Shown: positions 42,368-52,873 of the stretch, in pieces
Layout: each line of letters starts with the position of its first letter
How positions within the stretch are numbered: position 1 is the stretch's first letter
Source of the DNA: an uncultured Gammaproteobacteria bacterium
Lineage (GTDB): Bacteria > Pseudomonadota > Gammaproteobacteria > UBA9214
Reading direction: 5' to 3'
DNA length: 64,000 nucleotides
Assembly: GCA_963827755.1 (NCBI GenBank)
Contig: CAWHCQ010000044.1
Span: 35,087-99,086 of the forward strand
Program-made: the position numbers and the translations under genes
Notes under the pieces: model-generated
Told to the model about the DNA's origin: nothing
The model's input: only the letters and a program-made list of their open reading frames with translations
Databases searched by the model: none

Positions 42368-42850
42368 TCAGACTTGCGGATCGTCAGCAGATCCCTTCGC
42401 GATATACACGCCTGATTGCGTGATCGACCCGTCACAGTGGTAAAGCGCATGTTTCAGCTTTCTGTAGGTGTGGGTATCGAGGCTGGAATTCTCGATTTTT
42501 ACCAGGTGGCCGTAGCTCAGGGTATAAATCTGGAACGAGCCATTCAATTTTGCAGCGTAATAAAGGCCACCGCCGGATTCCCTTACATAGGGGGTTCCAT
42601 TATCAGCCGCACTGAAAAGAATACCTTCACAACCGAATGCATTACTGCCCCCCCGTTTCAGGATTCCGGCTGCGGGGACCGGCAGGCTATTTGGGTCAAA
42701 ATCATCTGACACCGATAACCCGGCCATTTGCCGGCTTTTTTCCAGTTCGGTTGAAATACCAAAGGTTATAAGGCCCATCAGTATAATGACGAGAACAATC
42801 CCCGTGCTGATGAATACTGTTGTAGCGCCCGTGCGCGTCCCGTCATTCAT
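42368..42850 (-). CDS. Hypothetical N-terminally membrane-anchored protein (paralog A)
   Basis: One TM helix, then FDPNSLPVPAAGI...NAFGC...YVRESGGG...KLKHALYHCDG; aligns with 43218-43682. Confidence 0.8.
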   Translation of the reverse strand: MNDGTRTGATTVFISTGIVLVIILMGLITFGISTELEKSRQMAGLSVSDDFDPNSLPVPAAGILKRGGSNAFGCEGILFSAADNGTPYVRESGGGLYYAAKLNGSFQIYTLSYGHLVKIENSSLDTHTYRKLKHALYHCDGSITQSGVYIAKGSADDPQV

Positions 42851-43217
42851 CGCTCACCCCGACATGGCTGGATATTGAAACCTGGAAATAGATCGCTCAT
42901 GTGATTATTTTTACGCACCGGCGACGCCACGTCTATTGTACCTGCGTCCCCTGGACTAAAGTCCCATACAGATATATGCACCTGTTTTATGGATCAATAT
43001 TAAAGAACTGACAGGCGGGTGTGCAGCTAATGAAAGGAATACCAGGGGTGATGAAATATTTCAGGGCAGGTTAATGCAATGGCACCCGGCGTACACAAGA
43101 AAGGGGGGCTGCGCATGCCTGCCCGCATTCCTGGTGTCTTTCCCCGCAGGAAAGCGCGGGTGGCGGTAGCCGTCGACCGCATCGTGGCCGCACTGTTCGG
43201 GAGCCCTCAACAGGCTG

Positions 43218-43682
43218 CTAGAAGTCTGCGCCTGTGCGTGTAAACGGGCCATCACAATTGTACAGCGCATACTTTAGCTTCGCCCTGGTGAAACGATCGA
43301 TGCTCGCTGCATCAACCGGTGCAAGAAGACCGTATTCCATCTTGTAGAAACCAAAATTTTCCTTGTACTCGGCACCAATAAAGACGCCACCACCGGCTTG
43401 CCTGACATACTTGATGCCATCCTTTGTGGCCCTGAAGATAACGTCATCACAGTTCAGTGCATTTTTCGGCCTGGATGAAATACCTGCCGCCGGGGATGGA
43501 TAGCGATTCGGGTCAAATTCACCGGCAAGTTGCTGATCGGCGGAGCCGGTAAGTGTGGAATAGAGATCGGAGAACAGCACCCCCGCCACAGTAATTGCCA
43601 GGATAGCGACCGATGCAAAGACAACAGCGACAGAGGCGGGCATGCTGTGCTCCGATCTCCATTTCTTTGTATCTCTCTGCAT
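43218..43682 (-). CDS. Hypothetical N-terminally membrane-anchored protein (paralog B)
   Basis: One TM helix, then FDPNRYPSPAAGI...NALNC...YVRQAGGG...KLKYALYNCDG. Confidence 0.8.
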   Translation of the reverse strand: MQRDTKKWRSEHSMPASVAVVFASVAILAITVAGVLFSDLYSTLTGSADQQLAGEFDPNRYPSPAAGISSRPKNALNCDDVIFRATKDGIKYVRQAGGGVFIGAEYKENFGFYKMEYGLLAPVDAASIDRFTRAKLKYALYNCDGPFTRTGADF

Positions 43683-43843
43683 AGGAATACCGCCTCGTGG
43701 CAAATCACGCCAATGGCATGACGCTCCCTGATACGGGACCACTCTATGGGCGTATCATAGATACAACCCTGCTCCCTGTCCACCAGCCACACGGGACAAT
43801 ACTATTTACAGCATAAGACCCGTGTTTGCAGGCCGGTGACAGA

Positions 43844-45299
43844 TCAGGAGTAAGTGCCGTCCTCACCGACGGTAATGACACGAATCATGTCCGTACCACC
43901 CGCCAACTGGCTCTGACCTGCTGTCGCCACGATAATGTCACCCGCCTTGATATACCCAAGCTCCAGGGCACGGTCGATACCATACTCGATCTTGCTTTTG
44001 TCGGTACGCTCATCGGGATAGAGGATCGGCAACACCCCCCAGTTCAGGGACAGCCAGCGCGCCACACGCCGCGCGCCGGTAATGGCCAGTATCGGACAAT
44101 GCGGACGATGCTTGGAAACCAGGCGCGATGTAAAGCCGGTGGATGTAAGGCTGAATATTGCCACGGCATTCAACTGCTTTGACATCGCCACAGCGGCCTG
44201 GCTAACGGCCTCGGTAACGACGTTGGACGGGTGTGGCAGGATTTTCTGCAGGTATCCATATTCACTCAGGTGCGACTCGGCGCGCAGCGCCAGTGTCGCC
44301 ATCGTCTTCACCGAATCGACCGGGTATTTGCCAATCGCGGTCTCGCCGGAGAGCATCACTGCCGAGGTACCGTCGAGGATTGCATTGGCGACGTCGCTGG
44401 CTTCCGCACGCGTCGGCTTCGGGTTCCACTCCATCGAGGCCAGCATCTGGGTTGCGGTAATCACCGCCTTGCCATTGGTAACGGTCTTGCGAATCATCAT
44501 CTTCTGCGTGCCCGGCACTTCGGCGAGCGGCAGTTCAACACCCAGGTCGCCGCGGGCAACCATCAAGCCGTCGGCTGCCGCGATAATCTCTTCCAGGTTG
44601 GCCACCCCGGCCTTGTTCTCGATCTTGGCAATGATCGGGATTTCGACACCGGCTGCCGCGAGAATCTCCCGCATCCTGATGATGTCATCGGCGGTCTGCA
44701 CAAACGATGCCGCAATATAGTCGACATCGTTGTCCGCTGCGAAAGTCAGTTCGCGGATCACGTCCTCACGGTTTTCCGGACCGACGGCACTCAGCGATAA
44801 CTGTATATCCGGTAAATTGACACTCTTGCTATCTCCCAGGATACCGCCGTGCACCACCTCGCAATGGATATCCTCGTCCGTCAACAGAGGTGACCTGCAT
44901 TTCAATTGCGCCATCGTCAAGCAGAATCACTGCCCCCGGGGACACCTCTTTGGGCAGTCCCTTGAAGGTTATCGACACCCCGTCCACGTCACCGACCCGT
45001 TCACGGGTCGTCAGTGTGAATTTTGCATGCCGACCGAGCACAACAGAGTCGGCACCGAACATACCGGTGCGAATCTCGATACCGCGGGTATCGATCATCA
45101 CCGCCACGTTGGTATTCAGCTCGCTTGCCGCTTCACGGATCCACTGAATGCGTTTTTTCTGGTCTTCGAAATTACCATGCGACAGGTTCAAACGGGCGAC
45201 CGACATGCCTGCATGAATCATCGCCATAATCGTTTCCAGCGAATCGCAGGCAGGCCCGATGGTCGCCACAATCTTGGTTTTTCGTATATTGGATATCAT
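43844..45299 (-). CDS. pyk: Pyruvate kinase (frameshift near 44883)
   Basis: RKTKIVATIGPA, ARLNLSHG, LLDDG, then +1 shift to IIAKIEN, GLMVARGDLGVE, TATQML, PTRAEASDVANA, MLSGETA. Confidence 0.96.
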
Positions 45300-45468
45300 G
45301 TTCGGGTCTCTAAACGCCGATCTTGCTGATCGGCAGGGCTCCTTCCGGACTAACGTTCCATTCTATAACCAATCGCATTAAAGATACTGGAAAATATCAG
45401 CAATGAGGATCAAATCAGCCACCCCGGTGATGAAGGCCATCCTCCGGGGGGGCGGCCCGGTGACGGCA

Positions 45469-46224
45469 CTATTTCGAATAAGCACCGAACACTTTCTTCA
45501 GCAGGTCGGTACCGCGTGCCAGCGGATTTTCACGAATCTTCCTTTCCTCTTCAGCGATCATCAGGAACAGCCCATCGAGGGTCTTGCCGGTCACATAACC
45601 ATCCAGGTCCGTGCTTTCCTTTGAAAACAGGCTGGTCAAACCACCCGCTTTAGCCGTCATGTTTTTATACGCTGATGTGACACCGGTTTTTGCTGTTGCC
45701 TGTTCGACAATCGGACGCATCTTTTCTGTTAATGCGGTCTCTGTACTGGTACGGAAATATTGTGTTGCCGAATCATCCGGACCGCTCAGGATCCCCCTGG
45801 CATCTTCCACACTCATATTTTTGATGGCTTCGCCAAAAAGAGCGGCCGCCTCGGGAACGGCCTGCTCAGCCGCGTGATTCATGGTGGCAATAAATTCATC
45901 GGCCAGTTTATCCTGGCGCAAGGTACGCAGGGATGACTCGACCCACGACAGGCTCTCCGGCATGGGAATTTTCACAGCAGGATTATCGAGAAAGCCGCCA
46001 CTCTGTCCGAGGTTCTCGATGGCAAACTGCGTGCCCTTGTCAAGTGCCTCCTTCAAGCCGGAAATCATCTCGCCATCTGACAGGCTTGCCGCTGTAGACG
46101 TTGCCTGCGGCGCCTCCTTTGCACCGGTCAGCTTTTCCAGGTAATCCGCCCAGCCGGCAAACACCACTGCACTGCCGGCAACCCACAGCAGCAATCCGCT
46201 TAACAATAGTCCGCTTGTTCTCAT
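45469..46224 (-). CDS. DUF4197 family exported protein
   Basis: Signal peptide; GLKEAL, VKIPMP, MNHAAEQA, DGLFLMIAEEERKIRENP..R.TDLLKKVFG. Confidence 0.92.
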   Translation of the reverse strand: MRTSGLLLSGLLLWVAGSAVVFAGWADYLEKLTGAKEAPQATSTAASLSDGEMISGLKEALDKGTQFAIENLGQSGGFLDNPAVKIPMPESLSWVESSLRTLRQDKLADEFIATMNHAAEQAVPEAAALFGEAIKNMSVEDARGILSGPDDSATQYFRTSTETALTEKMRPIVEQATAKTGVTSAYKNMTAKAGGLTSLFSKESTDLDGYVTGKTLDGLFLMIAEEERKIRENPLARGTDLLKKVFGAYSK

Positions 46225-46403
46225 TTCCCTTCTCCATGTCGAAAATCTGCGCCGAGTATAATCAAAACCGCCCGCTACCGCATGCACGTTCCTCAACATC
46301 AACCCTCCATCTCCCAGGGAATAGACAGATCAACCCATCTCGGGATTTTTAGCTGGAATTCCTCTACCATTACGCCCGGTTTCAACGGCCAGGGGTATAA
46401 CGC

Positions 46404-49292
46404 GTGACCGATTTCATACCGGGACAGCGCTGGATCAATAATGCAGAACTGCAGCTGGGGCTGGGGACCGTGCTCGCCGTCGAACTGCGTACCGTCACCC
46501 TGCTGTTCAGTTCATGCGATGAAACCCGCACCTATTCCAGGCAGACTGCCCCGCTGACGCGTGTACGCTTCAGCGCGGGCGACGTGATTCGCAGTCACGA
46601 TGGCCGGTCTTTAAAAGTCGTCTCTGCCAGTCAACAGGATGGTCTGCTGTCCTATACGGGTACTGATGAGGATGGCCGCAGTTTTACCCTGGCGGAAGGC
46701 GAACTCGACAGCCAGGTGCAACTGCACCGGCCGGCAGAACGCCTGTTCACCGGGCAGATCGACACGGACAAGTGGTTCGAACTGCGTCATCAAACCCTGC
46801 TGCACACAGACCGGCTCGCACATTCCGACCTGCGCGGGCTGATTGGTGCGCGCACCAGCCTGATACCCCACCAGTTATACATCGCCCATGAAGTTGCCAA
46901 CCGCTATGCACCACGCGTGTTGCTGGCTGATGAAGTCGGGCTCGGAAAGACCATCGAAGCCGGTCTTGTACTCCACCAGCAATTGCTGACCGAGCGTGCG
47001 CGGCGGGTACTGATCGTGGTGCCGGAAACCCTGTTACACCAGTGGCTGGTGGAAATGCTGCGCCGCTTCAACCTGCAGTTCAGCATCCTCGATGAAGACC
47101 GCTGCCAGGCAATCGATGCCGGCAGCGAGCAGGACAATCCTTTTCACACGCAGCAACTGGTCCTTTGCACACTGGAATTCCTGGTCGGGCATCCGCAACG
47201 GCACCGGCAGGCACTCGACGGTGAATGGGACTTGCTGGTCGTCGACGAGGCACATCACCTGCAGTGGTCACCCGGGGAACCCGGCCCGGAATACCGGCTG
47301 ATCGAGCAACTCACGCAGACAACGCGCGGGGTATTGCTGCTCACAGCCACGCCTGAACAGCTGGGCAAGGCGGGGCATTTTGCACGCCTGCGCCTGCTGG
47401 ATGCGGACCGCTTTCCGGATTACGACAGCTTTGTCGAGGAAGAGCAGCGCTATGAACCGGTTGCCCGTGCAGTCAGCGCCCTGCTCGGCGAGCAGGCCCT
47501 CGATGTGACCACACTCGCTACGCTGCAGGACATGATCACGGAGCCGGACATACAGGCCTGTCTCGACACGCTGCAGGACAGCAATTCCGGCAGCGCAGAA
47601 AAAAAGTCTGCCCGCACGCAACTGGTCGAATACCTGCTCGACCGCCACGGCACCGGGCGCGTGCTGTTTCGCAATACGCGTTCAGCCGTCAAGGGATTCC
47701 CTGACCGGGTTGTGACCCGTTATCCCCTGCCGTTGCCGGCGGCCTATGCAGACAGCATAAAACAGGCAGGAGCCGGTGCACCAGTCGATCCGCAACGCCT
47801 GCTGTGCCCGGAGTTGCTCTACGAGACCGGTGAGAAGGCGACACACTGGACCGCTATTGACCCGCGCATTGACTGGTTGCGCGCGCACCTGAAGGATTTG
47901 TGGCCGCAAAAAGTCCTGCTCATCACGGCCAGCGCCGAAACCGCCCTCGATATTGCCGGGATTCTGCGCATCAAGTCCGGCATCCACGCCGCCGTCTTTC
48001 ACGAGGGCATGAGTATCATGGAACGCGACCGTGCTGCCGCCCACTTTGCCGACCCGGAATTCGGCACCCAGATAATGGTCTGCTCCGAGATCGGCAGCGA
48101 GGGCCGTAACTTCCAGTTTGCCCACCACCTGGTCCTGTTTGACCTGCCACTGGATCCCGACCTGCTGGAGCAGCGCATCGGGCGACTCGATCGCATCGGC
48201 CAGACGCAAACCATCCAGATACATGTCCCCTACCTGGAGGACAGTGCCCAGGCCATCATGCTGCACTGGTATCACGAGGGATTGATGGCCTTTGAGCATA
48301 CCTGCCCGGCGGGATACAGCGTCTTTGTCCGCGTCAGGAACGAGCTGCTGGCCGCTATTCGGCAGGGCGGCAACGCTGCCACGACCCTCATCCAGACAAC
48401 CCGGCAACACCGCGAGGCGTTGAATGAAGCCCTGCATCGTGGTCGCGACCGCCTGCTGGAATACAATTCCTGCCGGCCGCCTGTCGCCAACGCACTGCCC
48501 GGCCGTATTCGGGCCGAGGAAGCCGCCGGTGAGCTGATGGACTACCTGGAAACGGTGTTCGACTGCTATGACATCGAGATCGAGCCCCACTCCGAAGGCA
48601 GCTACATCATCCGGCCCGGCGAGCACATGCACACCGGCAGTTTCCCGGGCCTCAAAGACGATGGCATGACCATCACCTGCGACCGGGCTATTGCACTTGC
48701 CAATGAAGACCGTCACTTCATGAGCTGGGAGCACCCGCTGGTCAGTGGCGCCATGGAAATGGTACTGAGCAACGAGCTCGGCAACACCGCCATGACCGCC
48801 CTGAAATATCCCGGCGCAAAGGCCGGCACCATACTGCTGGAATGCCTGTATACACTGGATACCCTCGCCAGCGATGTCCTGCAGACCAGTCGTTACCTGC
48901 CGGCCACGACGATCCGCATCCTGAGCGACGCACAGGGCAGAGACCACAGCGCAAGGCTGGCACATGCCGCCATCAATGAAAAATGCGAGGCAGTCCCTGC
49001 CGATACTGCCGGCAGGATAATTCGCACCTATACCCGTGAGTTGCGCGATCTGGTCAAGACCAGCGAGGCCATTGCGAGCCGGCAGGCACCGCAACTGATA
49101 GACAAGGCACGCAAACAATCGAGACAGGCGCTGGAACTGGAAATCAACCGGCTAAAGGCACTACGCCGCGTCAACCCGAACGTGCGCGACGAGGAAATCA
49201 ACTTCATGGAACTGCAACTGGAGGCGCTGGCAACGGCATTTGACGCCGCCGGTTTCCGGCTTGAAGCGCTGCGGGTCATCGTGGTGACCTGA
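46404..49292 (+). CDS. rapA: RNA polymerase-associated protein RapA (HepA)
   Basis: GQRWI...LGLG, LLADEVGLGKTIEAG, VDEAHH, LTATPEQLG, SEIGSEGRNFQ, EQRIGRLDRIGQ. Confidence 0.97.
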   Translation: MTDFIPGQRWINNAELQLGLGTVLAVELRTVTLLFSSCDETRTYSRQTAPLTRVRFSAGDVIRSHDGRSLKVVSASQQDGLLSYTGTDEDGRSFTLAEGELDSQVQLHRPAERLFTGQIDTDKWFELRHQTLLHTDRLAHSDLRGLIGARTSLIPHQLYIAHEVANRYAPRVLLADEVGLGKTIEAGLVLHQQLLTERARRVLIVVPETLLHQWLVEMLRRFNLQFSILDEDRCQAIDAGSEQDNPFHTQQLVLCTLEFLVGHPQRHRQALDGEWDLLVVDEAHHLQWSPGEPGPEYRLIEQLTQTTRGVLLLTATPEQLGKAGHFARLRLLDADRFPDYDSFVEEEQRYEPVARAVSALLGEQALDVTTLATLQDMITEPDIQACLDTLQDSNSGSAEKKSARTQLVEYLLDRHGTGRVLFRNTRSAVKGFPDRVVTRYPLPLPAAYADSIKQAGAGAPVDPQRLLCPELLYETGEKATHWTAIDPRIDWLRAHLKDLWPQKVLLITASAETALDIAGILRIKSGIHAAVFHEGMSIMERDRAAAHFADPEFGTQIMVCSEIGSEGRNFQFAHHLVLFDLPLDPDLLEQRIGRLDRIGQTQTIQIHVPYLEDSAQAIMLHWYHEGLMAFEHTCPAGYSVFVRVRNELLAAIRQGGNAATTLIQTTRQHREALNEALHRGRDRLLEYNSCRPPVANALPGRIRAEEAAGELMDYLETVFDCYDIEIEPHSEGSYIIRPGEHMHTGSFPGLKDDGMTITCDRAIALANEDRHFMSWEHPLVSGAMEMVLSNELGNTAMTALKYPGAKAGTILLECLYTLDTLASDVLQTSRYLPATTIRILSDAQGRDHSARLAHAAINEKCEAVPADTAGRIIRTYTRELRDLVKTSEAIASRQAPQLIDKARKQSRQALELEINRLKALRRVNPNVRDEEINFMELQLEALATAFDAAGFRLEALRVIVVT

Positions 49293-49311
49293 CAGCACAA
49301 CCCTTTACAGC

Positions 49312-49725
49312 CTAATGCTGCCAAACCGCACAACCCTGGTCACGCAGCCAGTCTGCCAGGGCCGCCTCTTTCTCCTCATCAGTCAGCCCCCCGGCATCGA
49401 ACCCCTCGATCATCTCCTGCGCCAGCTCAACACCGTACTGTCTCGGGTACTTGCTGCTGCGATACCCGGTCTTGTGCTGCAAAAAGCGGTCCCCCGGTGC
49501 ATGGATGCTGATACCGACATATAAACAGGGCATGCCTTCGATATATCCGGGGTTCGCCTGGCGGAATTCCCTGCGTTCCAGCACGGCCGGGGCAAGTGTT
49601 ATGACATACAGCCTGCGAGCCTGCCTGCGTTTCGCCGCGTTGCGGGCCTGCTGTTTCCAGCGCAGGATCTGTTGATCGCGGCGTGCGTCTGCCCGCGCCT
49701 CTTCATCCGGGTCGTCCATCATCAA
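49312..49725 (-). CDS. GIY-YIG-like nuclease superfamily protein
   Basis: LYVITL...CLYVGIS...RFLQHKTG...EAALADWLRDQGCAVW. Confidence 0.65.
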   Translation of the reverse strand: MMMDDPDEEARADARRDQQILRWKQQARNAAKRRQARRLYVITLAPAVLERREFRQANPGYIEGMPCLYVGISIHAPGDRFLQHKTGYRSSKYPRQYGVELAQEMIEGFDAGGLTDEEKEAALADWLRDQGCAVWQH

Positions 49726-49909
49726 GCCGGCACCTCAGGCCGGTAGCAGCCGGATCGGCACCGTGATATCCGACGATTTCAAAATACATGGTCAATGTGC
49801 TCCGTACTTTAGAGGATATAAAACGGGCGATTCCCTGATAGTAACGGAATTTTTCCACAGGCCCCATGCACTGCCGGCAGCCGGCAAGGCTTTCTGCTAT
49901 AACAACTTT

Positions 49910-50909
49910 ATGAAAGCCATCCAGATGAGCGCAGCAGGTCCGGCCGGCAAGGTACTCAGGCTGGTGGATATCGATGAACCCGAAATCACCGCACCCCGAC
50001 AGATCAAGGTGCAACTCAGGGCCGCCGGCATCAACCCGATCGACACCAAGCTGCGCAGCCGCGGCCTCCTCTACCCCGATGCCCTGCCCGCCATCCTGGG
50101 TTGTGACGGGGCCGGCATCGTCACCGCGGCCGGCGATGAAGCAAAACGCTTCAAGCCCGGTGACGAGGTCTGGTTCTGTCATGGCGGACTGGGCGGTGCA
50201 CCCGGCAATTACGCGGAGTACACGGTCCTCGAGGAATCCGAAGCGGAACATAAACCGGCCAGCCTGGGTTTCGACGAGGCCGCCGCTTTACCGCTGGTAT
50301 CGATCACCGCCTGGGAGGCGCTGTTTGACCGGGCGCACCTCGGCAAGGAGCAGACGGTGCTGATACATGCCGGTGCCGGCGGTGTCGGGCATGTCGCTAT
50401 CCAGCTGGCCAGGGCGGCCGGTGCACGCGTCGCAACCACCGTGAGCACCGCGGAAAAGGCCAGATGGGCAGAACAGCTGGGTGCGGAGCGGACCATCAAC
50501 TACCTGGAGCATGACTTTGTCGATGCCGTCATGGACTGGACCGCGGGCCGCGGCGTGGACGTGGTACTGGACACCATTGGTGGAGAGACCTTCCGCGATA
50601 GCCTGGCCGCCTCCGCGGTCTACGGGCAGGTCGTGACCCTGCTGGACCCCGGCAATACTGTCGACTGGAAAGAGGCGCGCAACAGGAACCTCGGCATTCA
50701 CTTCACCCTGATGCTGACACCGATGCTGCGCGACCTGCCGAAGGCACGCCGGCACCAGGGCGAGATCCTCAGGCAATGCGCCGCCAGTGGTCGAGACCGG
50801 CACCCTCAAACCGCTGGTCTCAGCCACCCTGCCGCTGAAAGACGCCGCAAGGGCACACGAGCTGATCGAAGCGGGGCATGTACAGGGGAAGATCGTGTTG
50901 ACCCTGTGA
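49910..50909 (+). CDS. NADPH:quinone oxidoreductase / MDR family (frameshift near 50786)
   Basis: AAGINPID, LGCDGAG, ITAWEAL, LIHAGAGGVGHVAIQLA; +1 shift restores AHELIEAGHVQGKIVLTL*. Confidence 0.92.
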
Positions 50910-50917
50910 GTCGTTCT

Positions 50918-50979
50918 TCGCGGATGAGATCCGCTCCTGCACATGATCAAACAGTTGCAGGAGCGGATCTCATCCGCGA
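50918..50979. repeat. Inverted REP doublet (REPIN-like)
   Basis: TCGCGGATGAGATCCGCTCCTGCA-N14-TGCAGGAGCGGATCTCATCCGCGA, perfect 24-bp arms, between convergent genes. Confidence 0.85.
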
Positions 50980-51063
50980 TTAGTCAATCATTCAACATGC
51001 ATCCCGATTACAAGACGAGGCTTGCCGGGAACGTGATCGCGGGACTACAAGCGCTGCCCGCTA

Positions 51064-52269
51064 TCAGGCCGGCTGCAGGCTATAGCCGCGCAGGCGCATT
51101 GAAAATTCCTGCAGCGCGGTAATGCCGGTCTCCTCGGCCTGCTGGCACCACTCCTGCAACGCCTTGCGCAGCATTTCCTGGCTGGTGACCTTGCCGGCCC
51201 AGACCGACTGCAGCTGCTGACGATACTGGTAGACCATCTTCAGGTCGGCAAACCGTGCCAGGATCTGGTCGAGCCGCTCGCGGGCGCGTTCATTGATCAG
51301 CGAGGTATCACGTATCAACAGCCTGCGCGCGCGCCACAGTGCCCGCCTGCAGGAACTGTCACACTGTTTGCGTTCCTGGCGCAGCACCGGATAGATGACA
51401 TCGCGTGCATAACTGGCCATAACGTGCATCCGGTTCCTCAGCACGGCCGTCACGGTTTCCAGGTCGACGCTCTGCTTGCACGCCCGGATCAGCACCCGCC
51501 GGGGCGCAACCCGCTTGACCTTCGCCAGCCCCAGCAGGCTCAGCAGGCGGATAAAGATCCAGCCCAGGTCGAACTCCCACCACTTGCTGGAAAAGCGCGC
51601 CGATGTCGGGAATGCATGGTGATTGGAATGCAGTTCCTCACCGCCGATGAGCAGGCCCAGCGGCAGGATATTGCGCGAGGCATCCGGGGTCTCGTAATTG
51701 CGGTAGCCCCAGAAGTGGCCCACGCCGTTGATCACGCCAGCCGCCCAGAACGGGATCCACAGCATCTGGACCGCCCACATAACCAGGCCGGGCATACCGA
51801 ACAGCGCAATGTCGATGAGCAGCATGAGCGCGATACCGTGCGACGAAAAGCGCGCGTAGACATGATGCTCCAGCCAGTCATCCGGTGTCAGGTGTCCATA
51901 ACGCTCAACCGTTTCACGGATCGCCGTCTCCTGCTTGTAGAGTTCGTACCCCTGCCACAGCACCTTGCGGATGCCCCGTACCTGGGGACTGTGCGGGTCC
52001 TCCGCCGTTTCACATTTTGCGTGGTGCTTGCGGTGCACGGCCACCCACTCCCGGGTCACTATGCCGGTCGTCAACCACAGCCAGAAGCGGAAGAAATGGG
52101 CCATCACGGGATGCAGATCCAGCGCCCGGTGCGCCTGGTGCCGGTGCAGGTATATGGTGACACTGGTGATCGTCACCTGGGTCAGTACCAGGCCCGTCAG
52201 CAACAGTGCACCGATCGAGAGTTGTGCGAGGCCGCCGGTGCCGAGAAAATTGAGGATGGTTTCAATCAT
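51064..52269 (-). CDS. desA: Delta-9 acyl-CoA / fatty acid desaturase (DesA type)
   Basis: His boxes HRHQAH, HRKHH and EELHSNHH. Confidence 0.92.
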   Translation of the reverse strand: MIETILNFLGTGGLAQLSIGALLLTGLVLTQVTITSVTIYLHRHQAHRALDLHPVMAHFFRFWLWLTTGIVTREWVAVHRKHHAKCETAEDPHSPQVRGIRKVLWQGYELYKQETAIRETVERYGHLTPDDWLEHHVYARFSSHGIALMLLIDIALFGMPGLVMWAVQMLWIPFWAAGVINGVGHFWGYRNYETPDASRNILPLGLLIGGEELHSNHHAFPTSARFSSKWWEFDLGWIFIRLLSLLGLAKVKRVAPRRVLIRACKQSVDLETVTAVLRNRMHVMASYARDVIYPVLRQERKQCDSSCRRALWRARRLLIRDTSLINERARERLDQILARFADLKMVYQYRQQLQSVWAGKVTSQEMLRKALQEWCQQAEETGITALQEFSMRLRGYSLQPA

Positions 52270-52439
52270 AGGGGTCACGTCTGCAGTGTTTATTGATAAC
52301 AGACAGTCTACCACGGCTGTCAATCACGCCTCCCCGGCGGCCTGTTGGCCGGGCGCGGGCACCGGGAAGAACATGCAAGCGATTGATTCATGGTGCATGG
52401 AGCGCACCAGTCCGGCGTGATCAGACCTTGTTGCTGCTT

Positions 52440-52637
52440 TCAGGTTTCGCCGGGCACCTGAGAGGGGACTTCCACGGGCTGTCCGGGCGGGACCTCCGCG
52501 GGTGGTGCCGGCGTGGTCTCGGGTGGCCCGCCCGGGGGTATGCCCGGCGGCAGATCGGGTTGTGGCACCTCCGGCGGATTACTCGGGGGTATTTCCGGGT
52601 CACCGGCATGAACCGGGATGTTACGGCATGGAATCAT
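52440..52637 (-). CDS. Small Pro/Glu-rich low-complexity protein
   Basis: Repeated (P)PE(I/V)P motifs: PEIPP, PPEVP, PAEVPP, PVEVP. Confidence 0.45.
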   Translation of the reverse strand: MIPCRNIPVHAGDPEIPPSNPPEVPQPDLPPGIPPGGPPETTPAPPAEVPPGQPVEVPSQVPGET

Positions 52638-52674
52638 GGTCTGGCCCGCCTTAAACTGGATTCACCCAAGTATA

Positions 52675-52698
52675 GTAGGAGCGGGCCGCGTCCGCGAA
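52675..52698 (+). repeat. Single REP-like element
   Basis: GTAGGAGCGGGCCGCGTCCGCGAA: GTAG foot plus hairpin. Confidence 0.6.
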
Positions 52699-52775
52699 CA
52701 CACGCACCGTGCCAGGTGCAGAGGCCCGGGCATCATGGCTGACCCCTGCGTCTGCAGACCCCGGTGCGCTTGCGG

Positions 52776-52791
52776 GTAACAATTGTTCACA
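52776..52791 (+). promoter_or_regulatory. OmpR-family-type direct-repeat operator candidate
   Basis: GTAACA-ATTG-TTCACA; 15/16 identical copy at 63621-63636 (minus strand). Confidence 0.6.
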
Positions 52792-52873
52792 CATTTCCCT
52801 GAAATATGGGTTTTGTTTGTGTAAAGTATTAATACATGAAGATAAATAGAAATATATTTTTCCGGGGGGACCT

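Noticed and set aside
42930-42970. GGGACGCA as part of a c-di-GMP-I riboswitch
   Set aside because: The GGCAAA/GAAA-tetraloop stem and downstream receptor stem are absent.
42368-43682. Paralog pair as type IV pilins
   Set aside because: No prepilin G|F-x-x-x-E cleavage motif precedes the hydrophobic helix.
47682-49118. 478-aa antisense ORF, and similar long shadow ORFs such as 8845-9762, 10829-11692, 51424-52296 and 58842-59774
   Set aside because: They lie opposite well-supported genes, as expected from GC-rich codon bias, and show no motifs.
46404-49725. SNF2 helicase plus GIY-YIG as an anti-phage defence system
   Set aside because: The helicase is a canonical full-length RapA, and the GIY-YIG-like gene is convergent, not operonic.
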